Position numbers and translations under genes: made by a program. A DNA stretch of 64,000 bases from an uncultured bacterium. Its GTDB lineage: Bacteria > Babelota > Babeliae > Babelales > Vermiphilaceae. The stretch lies in NCBI GenBank assembly GCA_963701085.1, contig OY969561.1, positions 512,001 to 576,000 of the forward strand, given 5' to 3'. Below, in pieces: positions 20,852-29,727 of the stretch (within the stretch, counting starts at the first letter, position 1; every line of letters starts with the position of its first letter). Under the pieces are notes generated by a model that did no database searches, had not been told where the DNA came from, and saw only the letters and a program-made list of their open reading frames with translations.

Positions 20852-21574
20852 ATGAAGCTCACATCAAAAACTTTCTTACTCACATTATTTTTCTGTTGTT
20901 CACAAGCACTTATTTGTATGGAAAAAATGTCTCTAGATTCATATAAAGCAATAACGGAAGGAGATAAATATGGAACTCATCTTGTATACAGTATAGAAAA
21001 AATAAACGATCCCTTCAAAAGATATAAAGATGATCCAAATGAGATTATACTTTTTGAAAAACAATTAGAAAAAAACTTAGAAGACACCATTCGCAATACA
21101 AAAAGAGATACTATTTCTAACAACAAACAAATGCATATCATTTATAATGGTCATCATAAACCTGATTATTTTTCGTACATGTTGCAAGCAATGTTACAAC
21201 AAAATAATCTTGAACCAAAAAAAATTATGTCCAGAGACGGTACATCTGGTATTAAACTAGACCACAAGTTTATAGAACCACTTTCTTTGGAAGCACAAGA
21301 GACATTGTGTGCGTATTTGGTTAACATAGTAATGCATCCACATTCTACCATCACAAATAATCGTTGGATGACAGAAGAAGATTGCATGGATGAATCATTA
21401 TTTATACCATTTGCTTTACAAAACAACGACCGTGCAGCTCTATGCTATAAACTCCTCAAAGAAATAGTCCTATTAAACCTTCCTTCACAACCCTCGACAG
21501 ATCTGTACATGAAAATGTATTACTTTTATAAACGTTATGAAGAAATTGCATGGCTTAAAAAATATACTGTTTAA
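20852..21574 (+). CDS. Secreted hypothetical protein inserted on the opposite strand between troA and troB
   Basis: 240 aa ORF with an AAAGG RBS and a signal peptide ending ALIC-M. Confidence 0.75.
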   Translation: MKLTSKTFLLTLFFCCSQALICMEKMSLDSYKAITEGDKYGTHLVYSIEKINDPFKRYKDDPNEIILFEKQLEKNLEDTIRNTKRDTISNNKQMHIIYNGHHKPDYFSYMLQAMLQQNNLEPKKIMSRDGTSGIKLDHKFIEPLSLEAQETLCAYLVNIVMHPHSTITNNRWMTEEDCMDESLFIPFALQNNDRAALCYKLLKEIVLLNLPSQPSTDLYMKMYYFYKRYEEIAWLKKYTV

Positions 21575-22488
21575 AGTGAATCTACAATTGCATCAACATT
21601 ATATTTGATCATACCGATATAATTTGCTGCAGGCGTAGTATCATCACCAAGCGCGTCAGAATACAGTTCAGGGCCAATTGCAACAGACCATCCACGTGCT
21701 GAAACAGCATTTTGCACTGCAGCAATAGAACGCTGTGGAATTGATGATTCAACAAAAATTGTCGGGACTTTATGTTCTACAATATAATCAGCAAGCTCTT
21801 TAATATCTTTGGTGCTAATATCGCAATCAGTACTCAAGCCTTGCAAACCAACAACTTTAAAACCATATTGTGCACCAAAATAACCAAATGCATCATGCGC
21901 GGTAATTAAAATTCTTTTATTGCAGTTCAATTCACTGACGCGTTGTTGCACGTATGTGTGTAACTGCTGCAGCTGCGCACTATATTCATCACCATTTTTT
22001 TGATATATTTCTGCATGTTCACTATCAAGCGCAATAACACTTTGTTGAATATAATGCACAGCATCAATCCATAATAGAACATCAAACCAAATGTGTGGAT
22101 CGTATAAATCATCAAATTCAGCGCATCGCAGCTGCTCTTTTTTTACTGCATCTGCTGCTGCACACACATGCGTAAACCGCTGCATACCTTGCAGCACTTG
22201 TCCCATTTTACCTTCCAAATGCAATCCATTATAAATGACCAAATCTGCCGCTGCCAATTTATGCACATCACTTTCCCGTGCGCGATATAAATGTGGATCA
22301 ACTCCGGGCCCCATCAAACCATAAACTGTTATATTATCACCCACTATCCTGCGCACTGCATCTGCAAGCATGCTCGTTGTTGCAACGATGGTGAGGTGTT
22401 TTTGGGGTGCATCATGAATACGATGCATGCGTAAAAAAATAAATGCACTTACCACACAGGCAAGTGCAAAAAATAATAATCTTTTCAT
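21571..22488 (-). CDS. troA: Mn/Zn ABC transporter substrate-binding protein
   Basis: GPGVDPHLY, YNGLHLEG, DPHIW, TAHDAFGYF, LYSDALG. Confidence 0.92.
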   Translation of the reverse strand: MKRLLFFALACVVSAFIFLRMHRIHDAPQKHLTIVATTSMLADAVRRIVGDNITVYGLMGPGVDPHLYRARESDVHKLAAADLVIYNGLHLEGKMGQVLQGMQRFTHVCAAADAVKKEQLRCAEFDDLYDPHIWFDVLLWIDAVHYIQQSVIALDSEHAEIYQKNGDEYSAQLQQLHTYVQQRVSELNCNKRILITAHDAFGYFGAQYGFKVVGLQGLSTDCDISTKDIKELADYIVEHKVPTIFVESSIPQRSIAAVQNAVSARGWSVAIGPELYSDALGDDTTPAANYIGMIKYNVDAIVDSL

Positions 22489-22490
22489 AA

Positions 22491-23810
22491 TCACTGCGCA
22501 ACCCACATACCCGTAAAATCTTGTGCTACAACACCATCAAGTTGTAAGTTAAACAGCTCATTTTGAACTAATTCAGACGTTAATTGTGTGCGCATGATAA
22601 TATCATCAAAAGAAGTTGGCTGCTTACATGCTGCGATAATTTGTTTTTGCTGCTCAGAGCAATGCTCCTCCTTCGCCAAGGCTTCGGCGGACAGGGCATA
22701 CTTATTATCATCACTTTTTATATCAGTTTTTTGCGCTGCAACAAAAGTATGCAGCGTTAACTGCGCTGCTTTATCTCGAATTTTCTGCCTATCAGGCAGC
22801 ACAAGCCTGTCACCAAATTCAGTCAAAATATCGGCGCTGTTCATGACAAGTTTTGCACCATTTTGAATTAACGCATTGCACCCAGCACTCAATTCACTGT
22901 CAAATGGCCCCGGGACAGCAAACACTTCTCTGCCTTGTTCCATTGCATAATGCGCTGATATGAGTGCACCACTTTTTTGTGCTGCTTGAACAACCAAACA
23001 TCCGTGTGACAGTCCGGTAATGATACGATTGCGCGCAGGGAAATTTCCAGGGAGCCCTTCCATGGTTAATGGAAACGCGCTCACTACCAACCCGCCCCGA
23101 TCAACAATAGATTCGAATAATTTTTTATTTGAAACTGGATACACATTTAATAATCCGGAACCAAGCACTGCAATAGTTTTGCCACCATGATCTAATGTTG
23201 CTTGATGCGCCATGGTATCGATACCACGGGCACCACCGCTGACAATGGTATAGTGTGCGGCAACAAGATCCGGTACTAATGCATTAACAGCATGCTGCCC
23301 ATAATTATCCGCTTTACGCGCACCAACAATTGCAAGTAATTTTGAGGATAAACCCTCTTTATAATTACTCTGATTTTTTCCTGTGCGCTCGCCCTGAACT
23401 TGTTGAAGGGTATCTTGGAGCGCGCTTAATCCTTCAACAGGTTCAGGATGAGCGCGGAAAGAAGCAATACCATGTGCCACAGATAACACACCTTGCGCGT
23501 AAATCACTGCCGGAGCCAAATAAATTTCACGCAGCAACGCGGGATACGTATCATCTTCAACAGTTGCCCATTGAATGTTGTGACGTTCAATTAAATCAAG
23601 TTCGTAATCGAGAATTTTTTTATTCTGCAGACCATCAGACAATTTTTGCGCAGTAAGTTCAGTGAACCCACACGTGCGCATCCAGTCTGATGCAGAAAAG
23701 AGATAAAGATCTGATACCGAAATATCAGATCTTTCTAGAATTCTTTGAATAATTGCAGGGCCAATATTTTCTATTAATGTGAGGTGGAGAATAAAATTTT
23801 TGTTATGCAT
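22491..23810 (-). CDS. dprA: DNA-processing protein DprA carrying two in-frame repeat-derived inserts
   Basis: AIVGAR, IVSGGARGID, FPARNRII, SGALISA, GREVFAVPG. Confidence 0.95.
   Translation of the reverse strand: MHNKNFILHLTLIENIGPAIIQRILERSDISVSDLYLFSASDWMRTCGFTELTAQKLSDGLQNKKILDYELDLIERHNIQWATVEDDTYPALLREIYLAPAVIYAQGVLSVAHGIASFRAHPEPVEGLSALQDTLQQVQGERTGKNQSNYKEGLSSKLLAIVGARKADNYGQHAVNALVPDLVAAHYTIVSGGARGIDTMAHQATLDHGGKTIAVLGSGLLNVYPVSNKKLFESIVDRGGLVVSAFPLTMEGLPGNFPARNRIITGLSHGCLVVQAAQKSGALISAHYAMEQGREVFAVPGPFDSELSAGCNALIQNGAKLVMNSADILTEFGDRLVLPDRQKIRDKAAQLTLHTFVAAQKTDIKSDDNKYALSAEALAKEEHCSEQQKQIIAACKQPTSFDDIIMRTQLTSELVQNELFNLQLDGVVAQDFTGMWVAQ
22667..22695. repeat. Short palindromic module inside dprA (encodes LSAEALAKE)
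   Basis: cctccttcgccaaggcttcggcggac resembles the nested module at about 14475-14501. Confidence 0.7.
23385..23455. repeat. Type B palindromic repeat inside the dprA coding sequence
   Basis: gcgctcgccctgaacttgttgaagg...ccttcaacaggttcaggatgagcgc; translated as RAHPEPVEG...LQQVQGER. Confidence 0.9.
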
Positions 23811-23826
23811 ATATCTTTTGATGTTT

Positions 23827-24013
23827 GCACCCTTCGATACATCCCTACGGGACACTCAGGGCGAGCGGTTGGGTATATAATCTTTTGTCTTCCGCTCATC
23901 CTGAGTGTTTCGTCTTCGAAATGTATCGAAGGATCAGGGCGAGCGGTTAGGCAATATAATCTTTTTCTTCCAGTCATCCTGAGTGTTTTTGTCCTCAAAA
24001 ACGTATCGAAGGA
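23827..24013. repeat. Cluster of type A repeat arms between gyrA and dprA; the last arm supplies the gyrA stop codon
   Basis: Arms at 23830-23868, 23892-23933 and 23971-24013. Confidence 0.9.
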
Positions 24014-26640
24014 TCTTCATCTTCATCAATATCATCCGCACCATCTTCTTCATATTCTAAATCAGAGGCTGCTTCTTCATTCTCTTCATCTTGCTCATCT
24101 TCCTCGTCATCACCCTCTTCTTCTTGTTCACTCGGATCTGCCACCGGCAATGTACGAGTTTCAATGACAACACCAGATTCATCATCAACCGGTGTATCTT
24201 CGCCACCTTCAAACGCAACAACATTGTGCAGTTTTTGTGTAGCATCAAGTCTAATCAGGCGAACACCCTTTGCTTGGCGTCCCATTGCGCGAATATCTTT
24301 AGCAGAAAGACAAATAATTTTACCTGCTTGATCAATGAGTAAGATATGTGAATCTTCATGCACAATTGCAAGACCAATCACCACACCATTACGTTTATCA
24401 GTTGGGATAGTTCTAACTCCCATACCACCACGATGGGCAATACGGAAATCTGCTATGCGTACTTTTTTACCAAATCCGTGTTCAGTAGCAAATAAAATTT
24501 CACCATGATCGGCAATAATTTCCATACCAATAACGCGATCATCTTTCTTAACACGAATACCCATCACGCCGCTTGCTTGACGCCCCATACAGCGAACTTC
24601 AGTTTCATTAAAGCGAATTCCTTGCCCCTTTGATGTAGCAAGAACAATAGTATCAGTACCAGTACTCAATGAACAGAACACAAGCTCATCGCCCTCACGC
24701 AACGTAATCGCACGGATACCAGTTGCACGAATTTTTGAAAAACTAGACGCATCAGTACGTTTAATAATACCTTCACGCGTAACCATGACCATGAACTTAC
24801 CTTCCATATCACGAGAAGGTAGCAGTTTAACCACATACTCACCATCTTGTAATGGCAGCAAATTAATAATTGCACGTCCACGAGCAACGCGAGACGCTTC
24901 AGGCACTTCAAAAGTATTTAAGCTATACACACGCCCCAAGTTGGTAAAGAAAAGTAACATGTCATGAGCTTTTGCAACAAACACATCCTGAACAATATCA
25001 CCTTCAAGTGCGGTGAGTCCCATTTTACCTTTACCACCACGGCGCTGTACACCAAACACATTAAGAGGAACGCGTTTAACATAACCCTTCATGGTAAGCG
25101 TAACAACCGCTTCTTCATCAGGTATTAAATCAGCTTCTGTTAGAATATCAATCGCACCTTCAATTTTTGTGCAACGCGTATCATTATAATTTGTTTTAAT
25201 ATCTTCTAACTCTTTAACAATTTCTGCTTTGAGAACTGGTTCGTTCTCAAGAATAGATCTCAAATACGTAATTTTTGTTTTAATCTCAGCCATCTCAGCA
25301 TAGATCTTTTCTTGCTCAAGGCCGGTCAAACGCTGTAAGCGCATTTCCAAAATAGCTTTTGCTTGTTTTTCTGATAACAAGAACCTTTTATTGAGCAATG
25401 CAATTGCTTCATGTGCCGTTGGTGATTTTTTAATCAATGCAATTACTTCATCAATGGAATTCAATCCTATAATAAAGCCTGCAAGCAAGTGTTCACGTTC
25501 TTGAGCCTTGGATAAATCAAACTGCGTGCGACGGTAGATAATTTGCTGGCGATGATAAAGAAATTCGCTCAACAGCTGTCGTAATGAAAATACCAATGGC
25601 TGATTATCAAGAAGACCTAACATCAAAATAGAAACTGATGTTTGCAAATTGGTATGCTTGTATAACTGATTTAAAACAACGCTTGGAATTTCTCCACGTT
25701 TAAGATCAATAACAAGGCGCATGCCTTTTTTATCTGATTCATCTTTAATGTTAGAAATACCATCAATAATTTTATTTTTTACTAAATCAGCAATTTTGAT
25801 AGTCAAATCAGCTTTATTAACCTGATACGGCAATTCGGTAATAATAATGCTTGCGCCCTTATTTGCTTTTTCTTCAAACTCAGTAACGCCACGCAAAATC
25901 AGATTACCTCTACCCGTTTTGTATGCTTTTACAATCCCCGCGCGGCCACAAATAACACCGCCCGTTGGAAAATCTGGACCCGGAATATGCGCAAACAACT
26001 CTTCATCCGTAATAAATTCATTTTTAATCATCGCAAGAAGCGCATCAACAACTTCACCCAAATTGTGTGGTGGAATTGAAGTCGCCATACCAACAGCGAT
26101 ACCTGCTACACCATTTACGAGAAGATTTGGCAGCCTACTTGGCAAAACAATTGGCTCTACCGTTGATTCATCAAAGTTCGGGGTAAATGCAACGGTCTCT
26201 TTTTCTATATCCGCTAAAATTTCTTGTGCAATGCGCGCCATACGGACTTCAGTATAACGCATCGCCGCCGCGTTATCACCATCAACAGAACCCCAGTTAC
26301 CTTGTCCATCAAGCAATGGATAACGTTTAGAGAAATCTTGAATAAGCCCCACCATAGATTGATACACTGCTTGGTCACCATGGGGATGAAATCTACCAAG
26401 CACATCACCAACTACGCGCACAGATTTGTGATATGGTTTATTGTAAAAAAAACCAAGCTGATGCATTGTATATAAAATACGACGATGCACCGGCTTTAAT
26501 CCATCACGAATATCGGGTAATGCCCGACTCACCACAACGGACATTGCATAATCAAGAAAAGAATCTTTTAACTCTTTTTCAATTAAAATTGGTCTTATAG
26601 GTATATTTTTATTATTCACGATTAAAGTGGGACGTTCCAT
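23995..26640 (-). CDS. gyrA: DNA gyrase subunit A
   Basis: DGLKPVHRR, HPHGD, AAMRYTE, GyrA-box QRRGGKG and an acidic tail. Confidence 0.98.
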   Translation of the reverse strand: MERPTLIVNNKNIPIRPILIEKELKDSFLDYAMSVVVSRALPDIRDGLKPVHRRILYTMHQLGFFYNKPYHKSVRVVGDVLGRFHPHGDQAVYQSMVGLIQDFSKRYPLLDGQGNWGSVDGDNAAAMRYTEVRMARIAQEILADIEKETVAFTPNFDESTVEPIVLPSRLPNLLVNGVAGIAVGMATSIPPHNLGEVVDALLAMIKNEFITDEELFAHIPGPDFPTGGVICGRAGIVKAYKTGRGNLILRGVTEFEEKANKGASIIITELPYQVNKADLTIKIADLVKNKIIDGISNIKDESDKKGMRLVIDLKRGEIPSVVLNQLYKHTNLQTSVSILMLGLLDNQPLVFSLRQLLSEFLYHRQQIIYRRTQFDLSKAQEREHLLAGFIIGLNSIDEVIALIKKSPTAHEAIALLNKRFLLSEKQAKAILEMRLQRLTGLEQEKIYAEMAEIKTKITYLRSILENEPVLKAEIVKELEDIKTNYNDTRCTKIEGAIDILTEADLIPDEEAVVTLTMKGYVKRVPLNVFGVQRRGGKGKMGLTALEGDIVQDVFVAKAHDMLLFFTNLGRVYSLNTFEVPEASRVARGRAIINLLPLQDGEYVVKLLPSRDMEGKFMVMVTREGIIKRTDASSFSKIRATGIRAITLREGDELVFCSLSTGTDTIVLATSKGQGIRFNETEVRCMGRQASGVMGIRVKKDDRVIGMEIIADHGEILFATEHGFGKKVRIADFRIAHRGGMGVRTIPTDKRNGVVIGLAIVHEDSHILLIDQAGKIICLSAKDIRAMGRQAKGVRLIRLDATQKLHNVVAFEGGEDTPVDDESGVVIETRTLPVADPSEQEEEGDDEEDEQDEENEEAASDLEYEEDGADDIDEDEDPSIRF

Positions 26641-26720
26641 CAAATTAGCCCTTTTCTCGCATCAAAAATAGGTATCAAAAATTGCTTAGAATATACAATT
26701 AGTATAGTGGAAAATGATAC

Positions 26721-27536
26721 TTATGACAATAAATCAATAAGCATTACCGTAATATTATCAAGCACACCTCTTTGCACCACACAGAGTACCAACATTTTTG
26801 CAAGTAAACTCATATCCTGAATACTCGATCGTTTCTCTTGTAACAGTGCAGCAACTTCTTCATTATTCATCATATTCCACAAACCATCCGAAGCTACAAC
26901 TAAAAATCCATGGTTATTAGTTAATGGTATCTCTGCATATTCCGGCTCAGAAATAATCAAATTTTTACCAACATCATAATCACCAAATGCTCGTGATACC
27001 GCCAAAATACCATTAACTCTATTATGATACACATAACCTTGCGCATCTTCTATTCGCTGTTTTTCATCATGCCTCAGCGGCTTATGATCTTGCGTAGCAA
27101 ATGCAACACAACCATCTTTCTCTAACAACGCACGAGAATCTCCCACGTGTGCAAAATGTGCAACATTATCCTTAATATAAACAACACTCGCTGTTGATCC
27201 TGATTTCTTATTCAACTGCACAAACTCATCATTATCAGCATTCCTAAATGCCTCTACCATTCTTTCACGCATTGGCCCTGAGGTTTTACCAAAATAATGA
27301 TGAAAATTCTCTGCCAAAAAGTGCGCTACTTTGTCGTTACCATGACCATCATATACCGCATATAAATTACCACCATCAACGGTGCCATGATAAAATCTAT
27401 CTTCTTGATAATCTCTTTTATTTTGATAAGAAGAAATACCTATCCTTTTTTCTACCATTACCTCACAATTTTCACTCGCACCACAAAAAACCGTTGCAGT
27501 ACATACCATCAATAATGCTAATTGTTTGTTCACCAT
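26721..27536 (-). CDS. PP2C-family Ser/Thr phosphatase with a signal peptide
   Basis: RDYQED, VYDGHG, GST, VGDSR, DHKP, LAVSRAFGD, ASDGLW, DNIT. Confidence 0.93.
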   Translation of the reverse strand: MVNKQLALLMVCTATVFCGASENCEVMVEKRIGISSYQNKRDYQEDRFYHGTVDGGNLYAVYDGHGNDKVAHFLAENFHHYFGKTSGPMRERMVEAFRNADNDEFVQLNKKSGSTASVVYIKDNVAHFAHVGDSRALLEKDGCVAFATQDHKPLRHDEKQRIEDAQGYVYHNRVNGILAVSRAFGDYDVGKNLIISEPEYAEIPLTNNHGFLVVASDGLWNMMNNEEVAALLQEKRSSIQDMSLLAKMLVLCVVQRGVLDNITVMLIDLLS

Positions 27537-27692
27537 TATCTCCTTTCCAAAAAATAGATGTGCCGTTTTTTATTGCCTCTATTCTATAAGCAAATCACGG
27601 AACAATACAACAAAAAAATCCAAAACAGCGCACTTGCAATAACGCACCATAGATGCTAAATTTTCACCAACTGTTATAAAAAAAGGAAAGAC

Positions 27693-28343
27693 ATGATAAA
27701 ACTAAGAATTGTTGCCATGACTGCCGCATTAAGCACAACCTTTATACAAGCTAGTGAAGTACGTAATGCAATTACCATCAGACCAGCAACACTCAATGAT
27801 CTTGATGCAATTTCTGCTATTTCTCATCAACAATACCAAAATACCTTTAAACCCATGTGGCAAAAACATTATGCATGGCTGACCCCACAACACCAAACTA
27901 TTGATGAGTTTGTTAATGAAAAAGAAAAAATCAACAATGATACCAATGCTGATTTTATTACGCGACAAGCAAACAACGAAAATTGTTGTCTACTCATAGC
28001 GCAGTTAGCACAACCAAACACAACGGAATCTGTTACTGGATTTTGCAGATTTGAAAAAAAAGACGATACACATATGTATATACATTTTATTCTTGTTGAT
28101 GAACAATTACGCAGACAAGGCATCGCTAAACAATTAGCATACGCAGCAATGCACAAATGGGATACCGTGACCACGTGCAACTTCCGCGCGCTGGTGCATT
28201 ATGATTTTATTAATGAACTTTATAGTAAGCACAATTGTATAAAAACAGGAACCGTTGCTCTTGATGCTAAAACGGGAAAAATCTCCACTGATCCCGATGC
28301 AATAATCACCCACAACGATTATTCATTTACCATACAAAAGTAA
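27693..28343 (+). CDS. GNAT acetyltransferase with a signal peptide
   Basis: IRPATLNDLDAI and ILVDEQLRRQGIAKQL (motif A). Confidence 0.85.
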   Translation: MIKLRIVAMTAALSTTFIQASEVRNAITIRPATLNDLDAISAISHQQYQNTFKPMWQKHYAWLTPQHQTIDEFVNEKEKINNDTNADFITRQANNENCCLLIAQLAQPNTTESVTGFCRFEKKDDTHMYIHFILVDEQLRRQGIAKQLAYAAMHKWDTVTTCNFRALVHYDFINELYSKHNCIKTGTVALDAKTGKISTDPDAIITHNDYSFTIQK

Positions 28344-28354
28344 CCCTAACAAAA

Positions 28355-28393
28355 AACCGTGAAGACAATCATTTTCTGACTATCTTCACGGTT
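28355..28393. terminator. Hairpin between convergent genes, probable bidirectional terminator
   Basis: aaccgtgaaga...tcttcacggtt flanked by A and T runs. Confidence 0.65.
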
Positions 28394-28419
28394 CCAATTT
28401 TTTTGAAATTCTTAACAAC

Positions 28420-29220
28420 TTACTCGCGAGCTGTTTTTACAGCTGCTTGACACTGTTTAAAAAGATCAAACTTACTTCTTTTCATAGATGACCGATAAAA
28501 ACTATCATAATTTTTTAAATCAGAAAATGACTTGATTTCTTTTTTAACCAATTGTTTTTGATTGATAATCATTGCATTTTCAGGATTGTCCTTTAAACAT
28601 TTGTTAACTTTATTTAAAGACTCTTGTAGCTCATTTAACTGGTGACTAAAACTGCTCCCTAAGTAACCACTAAACTTAGTATATAGTTTTTTTTGCGCTT
28701 CCCTTTTTTCTGTGCGAACACCCAATACCATTTCAATTATTTTCATATCTCTAAAAGAAGCGTATATTCCCACTGGCTCAATTTGTTCTTTTAACAATAC
28801 AACTTCTGCACCCGAGACTTTTTTGCTTCTTTCTTCTCTTGTTTTATCTAATGATGCTATGAACTGAGTATAATCTTTTCTTGTTTTTGATGTATCATGC
28901 TTCTTCAACCCTTCTTTTTGATCAAGTTCTTTTGCTTGAGCATTCACTCGAATTGATCGATCTAAAAGTGCATTTAAATCCTGATCAGTTAAATCAGATT
29001 TTTTTAAATCCTGTTCAATTGAATCTATTGAATCAATTACTTGTGATAAGTTATTGAAATCTTGATCCTCATCCTGAACACCCAACACCTGCTTGATATA
29101 TCCCCTAGCAATTCTTGTAGCATTCCTTTCCTTACCTTGATTATTTGCATTATCCTTATTCATTGAATAGCTCAATGAAGCAACTGATAATAGCGAACTG
29201 AGCAATAATAGCTTTTTCAT
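28420..29220 (-). CDS. Secreted helical or coiled-coil hypothetical protein
   Basis: MKKLLLLSSLLSVASLSYS-M signal, K/E-rich body. Confidence 0.8.
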   Translation of the reverse strand: MKKLLLLSSLLSVASLSYSMNKDNANNQGKERNATRIARGYIKQVLGVQDEDQDFNNLSQVIDSIDSIEQDLKKSDLTDQDLNALLDRSIRVNAQAKELDQKEGLKKHDTSKTRKDYTQFIASLDKTREERSKKVSGAEVVLLKEQIEPVGIYASFRDMKIIEMVLGVRTEKREAQKKLYTKFSGYLGSSFSHQLNELQESLNKVNKCLKDNPENAMIINQKQLVKKEIKSFSDLKNYDSFYRSSMKRSKFDLFKQCQAAVKTARE

Positions 29221-29261
29221 ATATAACCCCTACATTGTAAATAATTTTAACTTATATACTC

Positions 29262-29288
29262 ATTTTACCCCCCCCTTGATTTTGTCAA
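29262..29288 (-). promoter_or_regulatory. Sigma70-like promoter with a G8 tract in a 15-nt spacer
   Basis: TTGACA (29288-29283) and TAAAAT (29267-29262) on the minus strand, upstream of the 29220 start. Confidence 0.45.
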
Positions 29289-29356
29289 ATGGTAATATAT
29301 ATGGAAATAGAGAAGGACCTATGGAGCGATAAGCACAATAAAAAAGTTACTATAAC

Positions 29357-29406
29357 AATTGGCCATAATTGGCTATAATTGGCTATAATTGGCTATAATT
29401 GGACAT
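29357..29406. repeat. Tandem repeat, 5 x 10 nt (AATTGGCTAT)
   Basis: aattggccat aattggctat aattggctat aattggctat aattggacat. Confidence 0.95.
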
Positions 29407-29443
29407 TTGTGGTTATAAAATTAGCTCAATAAAGGATTTTTAG

Positions 29444-29623
29444 ATGGATTCAATAATTAATCGCGAATACCTAGCTCATGTAACACCAGAACTACTGAAA
29501 AAATTGCGATATATTGCCTTAATAGAAAGCATTGGCGCTTCTACACGGTTGGCTGGAGCAAAACTATCTGATAAAGAAGTAGAAAAACTGCTATCACAGC
29601 TGAAACCCCATAAAGATCAATAA
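29444..29623 (+). CDS. 59-aa protein resembling the N-terminal inhibitory-helix region of Fic proteins (fragment or stand-alone)
   Basis: Translated by hand: MDSIINREYLAHVTPELLKKLRYIALIESIGASTRLAGAKLSDKEVEKLLSQLKPHKDQ. AAAGGA RBS. Below the ORF-track length cutoff. Confidence 0.65.
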   Translation: MDSIINREYLAHVTPELLKKLRYIALIESIGASTRLAGAKLSDKEVEKLLSQLKPHKDQ

Positions 29624-29727
29624 ACCAACAGAATAGGCACATTTTACAACTCAGCCATATCTCTTTATACTTGTTCCTAAGGTTTTTCCCTTAAAAACAC
29701 CCCTAAAACCATTAGAATGAGAAACGC

